From an uncultured Candidatus Saccharibacteria bacterium (GTDB lineage: Bacteria > Patescibacteriota > Minisyncoccia > Phycocordibacterales > JAKAEA01), in the NCBI GenBank assembly GCA_964532205.1, contig CAZHGQ010000005.1:1520-65519 (forward strand): DNA of 64,000 nt. Direction: 5' to 3'. The notes beneath the pieces were generated by a model. That model had not been told where the DNA came from and searched no databases. It was given only the letters and a program-made list of their open reading frames with translations. How positions within the stretch are numbered: the stretch's first letter is position 1; every line of letters starts with the position of its first letter. Below are positions 26,686 to 36,069 of the stretch, piece after piece. Made by a program: the position numbers and the translations under genes.

Positions 26686-28116
26686 ATGAAGAAAATATAT
26701 ACATTTGTTATTATAGCGGCCTTGCTTTTTAGCTCGCCTCTAGTCTTAGCTCAATCAGATCATTCAACCACATCGTCAAATCGAAGTGCTTTTTGTTTCG
26801 CCTTGACCCGTGGTTTAAAAATCGGTGTTCGTGGACAGGAAGTGTTGTTACTTCAGCGTTATTTGAACTCTGACAACGACACTCGCATTGCTGCGTTCGG
26901 TGCAGGTTCACCAGGTAATGAAACTGAATATTTTGGTCCGGCCACTGCTCGGGCAGTTTCAAAGTTTCAGGAAAAATATCGCGATGAAATTTTGACACCG
27001 ATTGGTTTGCGATACGGTACAGGTACATTTAGCCATGGTTCGTGGAAAAAATTAGTTAAGTTGTTACGTTGTGACGATGGTGGCAATCAACCACCTGTAG
27101 TGGCAAATAGAATTACTGCTATTTCTCCAAGCTTAGGCGCAGTTGGTACACAGGTTTCTATCACCGTCTCAAAGCTCAGTACTCTCAAAGGGATTACATT
27201 CGGTAACGGTGTCATCTATCCTTCAAATATTTCTGTCTCACGAGCCATTGAAAGCGGAAGTGCAATTCTAACATTCAATGTGCCAGAGTACATCACTCCA
27301 ACTCCGGCTTCATGTTTGAACGCAACTCCAGCATGTATGGTTCCGCAAATTGCTCAAATTGTGACACCGGGTAATTACTCAGTCTCTGTTGTTACGTCTG
27401 ATGGTACAAGTAATGCAGTTACATTCACTGTCACAAACGGTACAACAAATAATGATTACAAAGTTCTCTCACCGAGTGCTAATGAAAACTGGGTGAAGGG
27501 TACAACTCGAACTATTCGTTGGCAGTCACCAAATGTAACATACATTCAGGCGCCTCGATTCAATATTTACCTTGCTCCAATTGAATATTGCACCACAAAT
27601 AGCTTTGGTATTTGTACGACTGCTGTAAAGCCCTACACTATAGCGCAAAATGTTATTGGTTCAGCTGGCCTCTCAACATACGATTGGAATGTGGGCTCAA
27701 CTATTGAAAATGCCAATGTATCAAATGGTCTGTATCAGGTGCGAGTATGTACACAGGGTGATGGTCAGTGTTTCAACAGTGAAACATTCAACATTTCATC
27801 TAATGCAACAAACAAAGCCCCGGTAATTAATGGCATTGATACACCAACAACAGTTCGGGTTGGTCAAAATGCAACCTGGACTATCCGAGCTTCAGATCCA
27901 GAAAATCAATCACTCTCATACTATGTAGTTTGGGGTGATGAGAATATCGGTTCAATGTATGCTTCGGCGAGTGTGCCTCCAGCATCGGCTTATGTTCAGA
28001 GTACAACATTTACTCACACATACAATTATGTCGGTAACTTCACACCAAAATTCTATGTGAAGGATGCACAGGGTAATGTGGCTTGGGTCTCTGCTAATGT
28101 TCAGGTCACACAATAA
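26686..28116 (+). CDS. Secreted protein: peptidoglycan-binding domain plus IPT/Ig-like and PKD-like domains
   Basis: Signal peptide; LKIGVRGQEVLLLQRYLN..YFGPATARAVSKFQ; YYVVWGD..FTHTY. Confidence 0.85.
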   Translation: MKKIYTFVIIAALLFSSPLVLAQSDHSTTSSNRSAFCFALTRGLKIGVRGQEVLLLQRYLNSDNDTRIAAFGAGSPGNETEYFGPATARAVSKFQEKYRDEILTPIGLRYGTGTFSHGSWKKLVKLLRCDDGGNQPPVVANRITAISPSLGAVGTQVSITVSKLSTLKGITFGNGVIYPSNISVSRAIESGSAILTFNVPEYITPTPASCLNATPACMVPQIAQIVTPGNYSVSVVTSDGTSNAVTFTVTNGTTNNDYKVLSPSANENWVKGTTRTIRWQSPNVTYIQAPRFNIYLAPIEYCTTNSFGICTTAVKPYTIAQNVIGSAGLSTYDWNVGSTIENANVSNGLYQVRVCTQGDGQCFNSETFNISSNATNKAPVINGIDTPTTVRVGQNATWTIRASDPENQSLSYYVVWGDENIGSMYASASVPPASAYVQSTTFTHTYNYVGNFTPKFYVKDAQGNVAWVSANVQVTQ

Positions 28117-28129
28117 TTATTAAATAGCG

Positions 28130-30286
28130 TTACTCAAAATGAATCTCCTCCGTTTCGGTGGAGATTTGTTGTATCAGGAGTGGATGATTGGTGAGTTCTG
28201 GGTCGTGAGTTAACATGTCGCGAGCTTCATTACGAGCCGCTTCAACCATCTTAATGTTCTTAAGTGCTTCCATGGCTACGTCAGAGATGCCCCATTGTTT
28301 ACGGCCATAGAGTTCGCCGGAACCACGGAGCTGTAAATCGAATTCAGAAAGTTCAAAACCATTCTTAGCAGTCTTAAGTGCATTGAGGCGATCAAGTGAT
28401 TTTTGAGACTTGGTTTCAGAAAAGACAAAGCAGTAGGCTTGATGGTTTGAGCGAATGACACGACCGCGGAGTTGGTGAAGCTGAGACAGACCAAAGCGCT
28501 CGGCACCTTCCAGAAGAATGAGTGTAGCGTTCGGCACATTCACGCCGACTTCGACGAGGGAAGTGGCGACAAGAATAGTGATTCGGCCAGTGGCAAAAGC
28601 ATTCATGATCGATTCCTTTTCTGTTGGTTTCATTTTGCTGTGCAGAATACCAATCTCGTATTCTGGAAAAATGTCTTTTTTGAGACGCTTAGCTTCTTCT
28701 TTTACTGATTTAGCATTGAGTGACAATTCTTTTTCTGGATCTGGTTCGTCGATGCGAGGGCAGATGACGTAGGCTTGGCGGCCGGCCGCTAGTTCGCTGC
28801 GAACTTTTTCGTAGGTGACATCACGTTGGTTGGGTTTAATGATTTCCGTAATGATCGGTTTGCGGCCGGCCGGCATCTCATCAAGCAATGTCAAATCCAA
28901 ATCACCATACACCGTTAAAGCTAGGGTGCGGGGAATCGGTGTGGCAGTCATGGAAAGGAGGTGCGGCATGAATTCGTTTTTTCTCACCAATGCCGCACGT
29001 TGATTTGTGCCGAAGCGGTGTTGCTCATCGATAATGACATAGGCCAAATGTTTGAACCTCACATTTTTTTGAATCAAAGAATGCGTACCGATAACGATTG
29101 GGATCTCGCCATTGGCTACCCATTTTAAAAGTTGGGTGCGAGAAATGTCAGTGTAGCCACCCGGATTTACTTTTGAAGGAAATTTTTTGCAGCCTGATGA
29201 GGTAATGAGAGCGACTGATATACCAGCGTGTTTGAAATATTTAATGAATGATTCGAAATGTTGCTTAGCTAAAATTTCTGTTGGACACATATAGGCGACT
29301 TGTAAGGTGCCAAAATGTTGTCCCTTCGGTCGTGTGGTAACCGTAGCAAAAGCTGTTGTTGCCGCCACCGCTGTTTTACCGGAACCCACATCACCTTCAA
29401 GTAGGCGGGACATTGGCCGACCTGTTTTAAAATCGTTCAAAATCTGCTCAATTGCTCGATGTTGGGCATTTGTTTCTTTGAAAGGGAAACGTTCCGTAAA
29501 CTTTTGAATTTCTGCTTCAGTTTTTTCAATAACAAAGGCCGGATTTTGCTCCAATTCACGACGTTCTTTTTGTTTACGCAATTGAATCAAAAAAACTTCT
29601 TCAAAAGCAAAACGTTTGCGTGCCATGTCCGCATCGCTAAGCTTTTTAGGGGTGTGAATCCAAATTAAAGCTGTCTTCAAGCTAGGTAAACTATATTTTT
29701 TCAAAATCTCTTCGGGAATTGGATCGGTGATTTCATCCAGTAAGCCGCTACCAAATATTTTTTGCAGGGCATGGTAAATCCACTTTGAGCTGATGCTTTT
29801 TGTTTCAGGATAAATCGGCAACGATAAAATTTCCTGACCACCTTCGGTAAATAGGGAAGCGCCACCAGCTATTGGCATTTTGTCGATGCGTTCGAATTCC
29901 GGATTTGTAATATAGAGACCAGCTTTATTTTGTGAGATACGGCCGGTAAATTTGGCTGATGTGCCAGCCTGAATCATTTTGGCAATGTATGGCTGGTGAA
30001 ACCAAACAGCTTTGATTTTACCAGTATTATCTTCGATGGTGGCGCTGGCCATGGCGATTTTTGTGCGAAAACCTTTACCGAGTTTAATACCCTCAATGCG
30101 ACCATATATTGAAACCGTGTCGCCGGATACAACATCAGCAATATTTACAATTGAGGCCGAGTCACCATACCGATTAGGAAAATAGAAAAGGAGATCACGA
30201 ACTTTTTTCAAACCCAGACGTTTTAAACCAGACTTTTGTTCAGCTGTCAGGCGAAAGATTTTATCAAGAGTGATGGAGGGATCCAT
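28130..30286 (-). CDS. recG: ATP-dependent DNA helicase RecG
   Basis: GDVGSGKT, DEQHRFG, MTATPIPRTL, QLHQLRGRV. Confidence 0.97.
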   Translation of the reverse strand: MDPSITLDKIFRLTAEQKSGLKRLGLKKVRDLLFYFPNRYGDSASIVNIADVVSGDTVSIYGRIEGIKLGKGFRTKIAMASATIEDNTGKIKAVWFHQPYIAKMIQAGTSAKFTGRISQNKAGLYITNPEFERIDKMPIAGGASLFTEGGQEILSLPIYPETKSISSKWIYHALQKIFGSGLLDEITDPIPEEILKKYSLPSLKTALIWIHTPKKLSDADMARKRFAFEEVFLIQLRKQKERRELEQNPAFVIEKTEAEIQKFTERFPFKETNAQHRAIEQILNDFKTGRPMSRLLEGDVGSGKTAVAATTAFATVTTRPKGQHFGTLQVAYMCPTEILAKQHFESFIKYFKHAGISVALITSSGCKKFPSKVNPGGYTDISRTQLLKWVANGEIPIVIGTHSLIQKNVRFKHLAYVIIDEQHRFGTNQRAALVRKNEFMPHLLSMTATPIPRTLALTVYGDLDLTLLDEMPAGRKPIITEIIKPNQRDVTYEKVRSELAAGRQAYVICPRIDEPDPEKELSLNAKSVKEEAKRLKKDIFPEYEIGILHSKMKPTEKESIMNAFATGRITILVATSLVEVGVNVPNATLILLEGAERFGLSQLHQLRGRVIRSNHQAYCFVFSETKSQKSLDRLNALKTAKNGFELSEFDLQLRGSGELYGRKQWGISDVAMEALKNIKMVEAARNEARDMLTHDPELTNHPLLIQQISTETEEIHFE

Positions 30287-30306
30287 GAGGCAATTATACT
30301 CGTTTT

Positions 30307-31107
30307 CTAGATCAAAAATACTTGACCTTTTTGTTTAATGAAGCCTTCTTTTTGCAGAGCTGATAAATTCATGTCGATTTTATCTTTATCAACGGTAATC
30401 AGCCTTTTGCGTAGTTGAGCAGCTGTTGCTGAAGTCTGTTGAAGCTCTTTTAAAATCATGGAACGAACTTCACGATTTGAACCTTTGAAAGGTGTCTGTT
30501 TAATGTAATGGCGACTTTTAGTATTGAGATTGCCGATGGTTTTTTTGAGCATTACGCCATAATCCATTAACGCGTAATACCACTCACGCGGATTTTCTGT
30601 ATCTAATGTTTCTTTAACACGTTTTAAAATATCTTTGTCATGCACGCTGTGTTTGTCATTGAAAAAGAAATGAATAAAAACAGTTCGGATATTGGTTTCG
30701 ATAATGGGGAAGGGTTGGTTGTAGGCAAAAGCCATGATTGCCCCGGCAGTATATGGACCAATGCCAGGCAATTCTAAAATTTCTTCGTATGTCTTTGGAA
30801 ATCGGCCGTGATACTTTTTTACTACAACCTCGGCAGTTTTTTTCAAAGCCAAAGCCCGGCGGTTGTAGCCTAAGCCTTGCCACTCTTGTAATACATCTGC
30901 CACTGGTGCGGCGGCTAGCTGTTCAACGTTCGGAAATTTTTTAAGCCACGAATCATATTTATTGACGACCCGGGCAGTCTGAGTTTGCTGCAACATGATT
31001 TCCGAAACCAAGACCCTATAGGGATTTTTAGTTTTTCGCCAGGCAAACGGTCGCTTATTTGCTCGGTAATATGAATATATAGTATTTACAAAGTCAGCTT
31101 TTTTCAT
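30307..31107 (-). CDS. mutY: A/G-specific adenine glycosylase, short Cys-free form
   Basis: VSEIMLQQTQ, WQGLGYNRRA, LPGIGPYTA HhH, ALMDYG. Confidence 0.85.
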   Translation of the reverse strand: MKKADFVNTIYSYYRANKRPFAWRKTKNPYRVLVSEIMLQQTQTARVVNKYDSWLKKFPNVEQLAAAPVADVLQEWQGLGYNRRALALKKTAEVVVKKYHGRFPKTYEEILELPGIGPYTAGAIMAFAYNQPFPIIETNIRTVFIHFFFNDKHSVHDKDILKRVKETLDTENPREWYYALMDYGVMLKKTIGNLNTKSRHYIKQTPFKGSNREVRSMILKELQQTSATAAQLRKRLITVDKDKIDMNLSALQKEGFIKQKGQVFLI

Positions 31108-31204
31108 TCTGTCATTTTTTCCACACGGTTTCGTCTATAGCGTATATGATATACTACTTGAGTAAAAATTATAAATTGTAGTATATCGATTAAATCAAAA
31201 TTCT

Positions 31205-31300
31205 ATGGAGGCAGAACAAAACACCCAAGCTTCAGTCAAACAACCATTTGTTTGTCCAACCGATCCGGCAGAATTAGCTCAGTGCGACAGCTGTCAGTAG
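31205..31300 (+). CDS. 31-aa peptide ending CPTDPAELAQCDSCQ, absent from the ORF track
   Basis: MEAEQNTQASVKQPFVCPTDPAELAQCDSCQ*; own terminator at 31301-31328. Confidence 0.72.
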   Translation: MEAEQNTQASVKQPFVCPTDPAELAQCDSCQ

Positions 31301-31432
31301 AAAAGGCCACCCCCACGGGTGGTTTTTTGTTGCTCTTGAAAAGGATTAATATGTGTGGTATTCTCACCGCCAGATATTGGTTTTAACTGTTGTGCGACAG
31401 TGAGCCAATAAACTGTTTGCTACGGAGGTAGT

Positions 31433-31741
31433 ATGTCAGTACGGATATGGCTACGAATCGTCATGGTCGTTGCTTGCGCTGCCTTTATGATCCCTGCATT
31501 AGTTGCTTCGGCTGGCTCGGCGCCACCCTCGGGTCGATACTCATGTGGGGTCGATAATCCAAGCTCGACCCAGTGCGCGCGAATGACGTCGAATTCACCC
31601 CTCGACTGCACGTCGACCATTAACGTCAAAACCGGCGCGGTAACCTATGCCTGCACGGTGCGTCAGCCACCAAAGAAAAATGGTGGCACGATGGCTTTTG
31701 AGGTGATCCGGCGGACTGATTTTGTTTACTCCCAGCAGTAG
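31433..31741 (+). CDS. Small secreted Cys-containing protein
   Basis: SD GGAGG; signal peptide; four Cys in mature part; terminator 31757-31787. Confidence 0.72.
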   Translation: MSVRIWLRIVMVVACAAFMIPALVASAGSAPPSGRYSCGVDNPSSTQCARMTSNSPLDCTSTINVKTGAVTYACTVRQPPKKNGGTMAFEVIRRTDFVYSQQ

Positions 31742-31879
31742 CGCGGCGTCCAGCGTAAAAGGCTGTCACCTTCGGTGACAGCCTTTTCTCATGCCAATCC
31801 TACTATTGCGTAACACCAATATTTGTGGTATATTTTTAATAGGGTCCTTTGACATTTTACTTCTTGAAAGGAGATCGAT

Positions 31880-32725
31880 ATGAAGCGCGCAACACGCATG
31901 TGTACTATTGTCGCGGTGTTTCTTATCGCTACAACAGTCATGGCTGTGATTCGATATGTTCGAACGCCGCCAACACCGCATGGTCTGACGACTGTGCAGG
32001 TTGAAGGTTTCACTGCTCAAAACGAAGATACTGACAGTATCTTCAAAACGTTCTCGTTTGTGCCGATCACCGACGATCCGCAGGTGATTGAGTCGTTGGT
32101 GTTCCAAGCGGCTCGCAAAGAAATTTTCGAGCGGCAACAACAACGTTCTCTGTTATCAGAGCCTGACTTGCGTGATGCTTGTCGGGTTCTGGCCTGTGCC
32201 ATCACCAGCGATGCTGGCCGATCACGTCAGGATATGGAAAAAGATTTGGCCTATGCCAAACCTTTACCCATTCCAGTTTCGTTGGGTGAAAAGCTCGACA
32301 AACTGACGCCGGCCGAACAGTTCAAAGAATGTTTTGACCGAAAGCTGATTGAGAACCCACGACTTGTCGGTGTGTGTCTTAATGCACCAACGCAGTGTGT
32401 GATGTTTGTTGATCAGTGTGAGGTTTCGGCAGATTTGGCCCGCGGCTTTGCTCAAGTGAAAAGTCCGCCAGGTTTTTATCTGACGGAAACAATTTGTAGT
32501 CCGGCGTACGTGTTTCATCACGACCCGGATTACAAACAAATCGTGGACATGCCAATCCAAGTTCGCAGTCTAAGTTGCAGTATCCCAGTCAAAGACCAGG
32601 AAGGGAATATGTATCCGCTCAATCTGACGGTGTACAAAAGCCCAATCAATGGTCGCTGGTGGCTGCACCGAGCCTGGCGCACGGTGAACATGAAGGTTCA
32701 GGACTTCTGGCCGATTATTTTTTAG
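31880..32725 (+). CDS. Exported/membrane-anchored hypothetical protein
   Basis: SD GAAAGGAG; N-terminal hydrophobic segment. Confidence 0.75.
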   Translation: MKRATRMCTIVAVFLIATTVMAVIRYVRTPPTPHGLTTVQVEGFTAQNEDTDSIFKTFSFVPITDDPQVIESLVFQAARKEIFERQQQRSLLSEPDLRDACRVLACAITSDAGRSRQDMEKDLAYAKPLPIPVSLGEKLDKLTPAEQFKECFDRKLIENPRLVGVCLNAPTQCVMFVDQCEVSADLARGFAQVKSPPGFYLTETICSPAYVFHHDPDYKQIVDMPIQVRSLSCSIPVKDQEGNMYPLNLTVYKSPINGRWWLHRAWRTVNMKVQDFWPIIF

Positions 32726-32736
32726 CTGGAGGTGCC

Positions 32737-33195
32737 ATGAAACGGAGTTTGCTCAATAGCGGTGTGCCACTGTTCGTGGTAGTACTGTTCGTGATTACAG
32801 GTTGTGCCAAAATCTTCAACATGTCCGAATTTAGGCATGACACTGACCAGTTTTGGTTGATGCCAACCTGGCTTCGAACATTGTTGCCGTTAATCGTGCC
32901 GGTCGCTGAAATCTGGGTGGCTTGTTTGATTCTACTACCAGTTACTCGACGGCCGGCCATGATGTGTGCGGGTCTGATGTTTATCGTGTTTGCCGGATAT
33001 CACATCTGGAACATCAAATACGGTACGGCAGCGTGTCATTGTTTGGGTGGTAATGTCTGGCTCGGGCTTTCCAAAAAAACTGCCGGCCTGTACATGATTG
33101 CCTTCAACGTGATGGCGTTGTGGTTGATTATGGAATGGTTGCTTGCACAACGAAAGGAGTTGTATGAAAAGGCTACGAGCATTCACGCTTGTTGA
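32737..33195 (+). CDS. MauE/DoxX family membrane protein
   Basis: SD GGAGG; GCAKI, VPVAEI, CHCLG motif. Confidence 0.8.
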   Translation: MKRSLLNSGVPLFVVVLFVITGCAKIFNMSEFRHDTDQFWLMPTWLRTLLPLIVPVAEIWVACLILLPVTRRPAMMCAGLMFIVFAGYHIWNIKYGTAACHCLGGNVWLGLSKKTAGLYMIAFNVMALWLIMEWLLAQRKELYEKATSIHAC

Positions 33196-34000
33196 GTTGC
33201 TGGTGGCCATCGGCATTATCAGCATACTCATTTCGATTTTGGTGCCGACGACAGTTTCGGCTCGTCGCCGAGCTCAACGCGCTGGTTGCTTGAGTAACTT
33301 GCGGCAAATTGCCCAGCTCGCTAATACATATGCCAGCCACAACAAGGGTCACTTGCCGGTGAATTCGATTTTGTTCAACACGCCCTCGAATCAGATCAAG
33401 GAAGATCTGTTGCCACCGCCATTCTTTATTTGTGTAGTGCAACAGGCGGCGGCCAAAGATCAGCTGGCATCACCAGCACCATGGCATTCAGTTATTGAAA
33501 AGAATGTTAAGGCTGCGCAAATTCTGCGTTGTCCGGCCGATTCTGTTCAAATGATTGAAGGTGGTGAAGGAGCCCTGGCTCGCTACTTTGTTTCGTTAAA
33601 CAATAGCGAATACCTGTGGTCGAATTCCCAGTGGTATATCGGTTCGAGTTACGTGCTCAACGGCGGCTTTGTGAATGAAAGCCGAGACCCGCGATTTCAA
33701 CATCGTTGGTACGGCAGCAATCCGGCCAAAGTGAAACGCTCATCAACAATGGTTCTGGCCGGTGATAGCTTTGTCAGCAAAGCGATGCAGATGTATTGGA
33801 CGCCTGAGCTGTTCAATTCGGCGACTACCATGACCTTGCTCGATGTTTATGAGGCGAATGACAATACGCTGTCGAATTTTCGATTGCGTAATCCATTCGA
33901 TGAACGACATCAGGGTATGGTCAACATTGTGTTCGTTGATGGTCATGCTGAAGCAATTGCAGTGAAAGATCTCAAGTGGTGCGATCTGCTGCAGAAGTAA
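33164..34000 (+). CDS. Prepilin-type N-terminal cleavage/methylation protein with H-X9-DG C-terminal motif (DUF1559-like)
   Basis: RA|FTLVELLVAIGII; CLSNLRQI; LRCPAD; SSY; H-QGMVNIVFV-DGH; SD GAAAGGAG. Confidence 0.9.
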   Translation: MKRLRAFTLVELLVAIGIISILISILVPTTVSARRRAQRAGCLSNLRQIAQLANTYASHNKGHLPVNSILFNTPSNQIKEDLLPPPFFICVVQQAAAKDQLASPAPWHSVIEKNVKAAQILRCPADSVQMIEGGEGALARYFVSLNNSEYLWSNSQWYIGSSYVLNGGFVNESRDPRFQHRWYGSNPAKVKRSSTMVLAGDSFVSKAMQMYWTPELFNSATTMTLLDVYEANDNTLSNFRLRNPFDERHQGMVNIVFVDGHAEAIAVKDLKWCDLLQK

Positions 34001-34015
34001 ATGTTTGTTCTATTT

Positions 34016-34047
34016 AAAAGCCCCGACGCTACGCGTCGGGGCTTTTT
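34016..34047. terminator. Bidirectional intrinsic terminator
   Basis: AAAAGCCCCGACGC-TAC-GCGTCGGGGCTTTTT. Confidence 0.8.
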
Positions 34048-34053
34048 GTGTGC

Positions 34054-34305
34054 TCAAGGTGCTTGGTGTCCTTTCTTTCCATCGACGTAGTTCTGAAGTT
34101 TCCATTCTTCGACAGCATTACGGAATGCGTGTCGCAGACGTGACAGATTGGCCTCGTAATTTGGTGCCGCTTCGTCCTGGAAAACCTCCATATAGTCGGC
34201 ATAAATCTCCTGGACTTTAGGTGACATTTTAGCCACCCGTTGGGCCACGGTTAGCGACCGATCATCTTCGTCGTCTGGAACGGTATTGGGGATGGATTCG
34301 GGCAC
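34054..34305 (-). CDS. Hypothetical protein (SD-led orphan)
   Basis: AAGGAGG 4 nt before GTG at 34305; alternative ATG at 34341. Confidence 0.6.
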   Translation of the reverse strand: MPESIPNTVPDDEDDRSLTVAQRVAKMSPKVQEIYADYMEVFQDEAAPNYEANLSRLRHAFRNAVEEWKLQNYVDGKKGHQAP

Positions 34306-34397
34306 AAATCCTCCTTGGTACGAATTTACAAATCGACCCATACAGCACGGGTCTTCTGAAGGAGACTATATACTATATATACAAGAGTATCAATGTG

Positions 34398-34486
34398 CGG
34401 AGACGCAGGGATTCGAACCCTGGAAGCCGTTTAAAGGGCTTACCTCGTTAGCAGTGAGGCGCTTTCGACCACTCAGCCACGTCTCC
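34398..34486 (-). tRNA. tRNA-Ser (GCU)
   Basis: GGAGACG acceptor, long variable arm, anticodon loop CT GCT AA. Confidence 0.95.
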
Positions 34487-34540
34487 GTGGGTTTCAACTT
34501 ATCATATTTTTTTAAATTCGGCGAGCGTATAATATAACAT

Positions 34541-34972
34541 ATGCACCACGTCGCCATCATGAACAAATCCTGGCATTTGATTGAGAAAATTCTCAGCGGT
34601 GAAAAAACGATTGAATCACGCTGGTATGCTGCGCGTCGGTCACCGTGGAATATGGTAAAGGCTGGCGACACAATTTATTTTAAAAATTCGGGTGAAGATA
34701 TAACTGCGACTGCTAAGGTAAAAGCGGTGGAGCAATTTGAAATATCATCTTTGAAAGAGGTAAGGGATATAATAAAAAAATACGGTCAAGAAATTTGTTT
34801 GGTGAATACCACACCTGAAATGTGGGGCAAAATAGTTAAATACTGTGTATTAATGTGGTTGATTGAGCCGCGTGAACTGAAACCATTCGCTATTACCAAG
34901 AAGGGGTTTGGTAGTGCCGCAGCTTGGTTGAGTGTTTCCAATATTAATAAAATAAAAATGAGATATAATTAA
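34541..34972 (+). CDS. ASCH domain protein
   Basis: KILSGEKTIESR, GDTIYFK. Confidence 0.85.
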   Translation: MHHVAIMNKSWHLIEKILSGEKTIESRWYAARRSPWNMVKAGDTIYFKNSGEDITATAKVKAVEQFEISSLKEVRDIIKKYGQEICLVNTTPEMWGKIVKYCVLMWLIEPRELKPFAITKKGFGSAAAWLSVSNINKIKMRYN

Positions 34973-34975
34973 GGT

Positions 34976-35707
34976 ATGAATCTAACATCAGACACAAAAT
35001 CATCGCTCGGTTTTATTATTAGTATCGGCCTCGTCATCAGCGCCATTATTTTTGGCAGCTTCTATTATCTTGCTCAAACCTCAACATCAAACAACTCTTT
35101 GTCAGTCACTGGCTCAGCAAAAGTTCACGTCACATCAGATCAGGCTAAATTGGTAGTTGGCATTGTGCACACAGTTCCCGTCAGTGGTTTGTCTGGTGGA
35201 TATGCTTCTGTGGCAAAAGATTTGGCAGCAACAAAAGCTCTGTTAACTCAGCAGGGTATTGAGACAAAAGATATTGTGGAAAGTCCGGTCTTAATGAATC
35301 AGGTGTATGATTCAAATAGTTCGGCTGAGACACGCTATGATTTGCGCCAGACTGTGACACTGCAATCAAATGATGTGCAAAAGTTAACAAACATTTCAAA
35401 GAAAATTCCTAGTTTGGCTTCTCAGGGTGCAATTGTTTCAATTCAGTCTTTAGAGTATTACTATTCTAAACTGCCTGATTTGCGAGTTTCATTATTGGGT
35501 GAAGCGATCAAGGATGCTAAGGCTCGAGCCGAAGAAATTGCTAAGGGTACAGGTCGTCATGTGGGCACTGTTCGATCGGCTTCGACTGGTGTAGTGCAGG
35601 TTCTACCATTAAATTCTGTTGATATTTCTGATTATGGTACATACGATACCTCAAGCATTGAAAAAGAGATTATGGTTACGACCAAAGCGACATTCGGACT
35701 AAAATAA
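34976..35707 (+). CDS. SIMPL (DUF541) domain protein
   Basis: LSVTGSA, AIKDAKARAEEIA; N-terminal TM. Confidence 0.88.
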   Translation: MNLTSDTKSSLGFIISIGLVISAIIFGSFYYLAQTSTSNNSLSVTGSAKVHVTSDQAKLVVGIVHTVPVSGLSGGYASVAKDLAATKALLTQQGIETKDIVESPVLMNQVYDSNSSAETRYDLRQTVTLQSNDVQKLTNISKKIPSLASQGAIVSIQSLEYYYSKLPDLRVSLLGEAIKDAKARAEEIAKGTGRHVGTVRSASTGVVQVLPLNSVDISDYGTYDTSSIEKEIMVTTKATFGLK

Positions 35708-35713
35708 AAAGAT

Positions 35714-35750
35714 AAAAAAGGCCCCCGAGCGCGTAGCGCTCGGGGGTTTT
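35714..35750. terminator. Bidirectional intrinsic terminator
   Basis: CCCCCGAGCGC-GTA-GCGCTCGGGGG flanked by A- and T-runs. Confidence 0.8.
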
Positions 35751-35780
35751 ATCTGCCATGTACCGACCGGACACGACAGA

Positions 35781-36023
35781 CTAGCGGGGTAGTTCGTCAA
35801 TAACAACGTCTGATAGGGCCATGCCGCGCTCAGCGAAGTAATGTTCGTAGGACTTTTGGTCGGAAAAGATCTTGGTAGTAACACTACTACCGCTCATGAA
35901 GCCGGCGATGATCTGGGCTTCCGGGTGGGCTTGGCGTTGAGTCTGAATTTCTGTCTCAATGCATTTAAGCAGTGGGGCAGGAATTTCTTTGGTATAACCC
36001 GGAATCAATTGCATGATAGGCAT
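35781..36023 (-). CDS. Hypothetical protein (SD-led orphan)
   Basis: GGAGG upstream of ATG; converges on a hairpin. Confidence 0.62.
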   Translation of the reverse strand: MPIMQLIPGYTKEIPAPLLKCIETEIQTQRQAHPEAQIIAGFMSGSSVTTKIFSDQKSYEHYFAERGMALSDVVIDELPR

Positions 36024-36069
36024 CGTTCCTCCATGTTAAACAACTGATCATTAGCTTAACACTATTTTA

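Noticed and set aside
32575-32736. ORF-track extension of the MauE-like gene
   Set aside because: Overlaps the upstream CDS; SD supports ATG 32737
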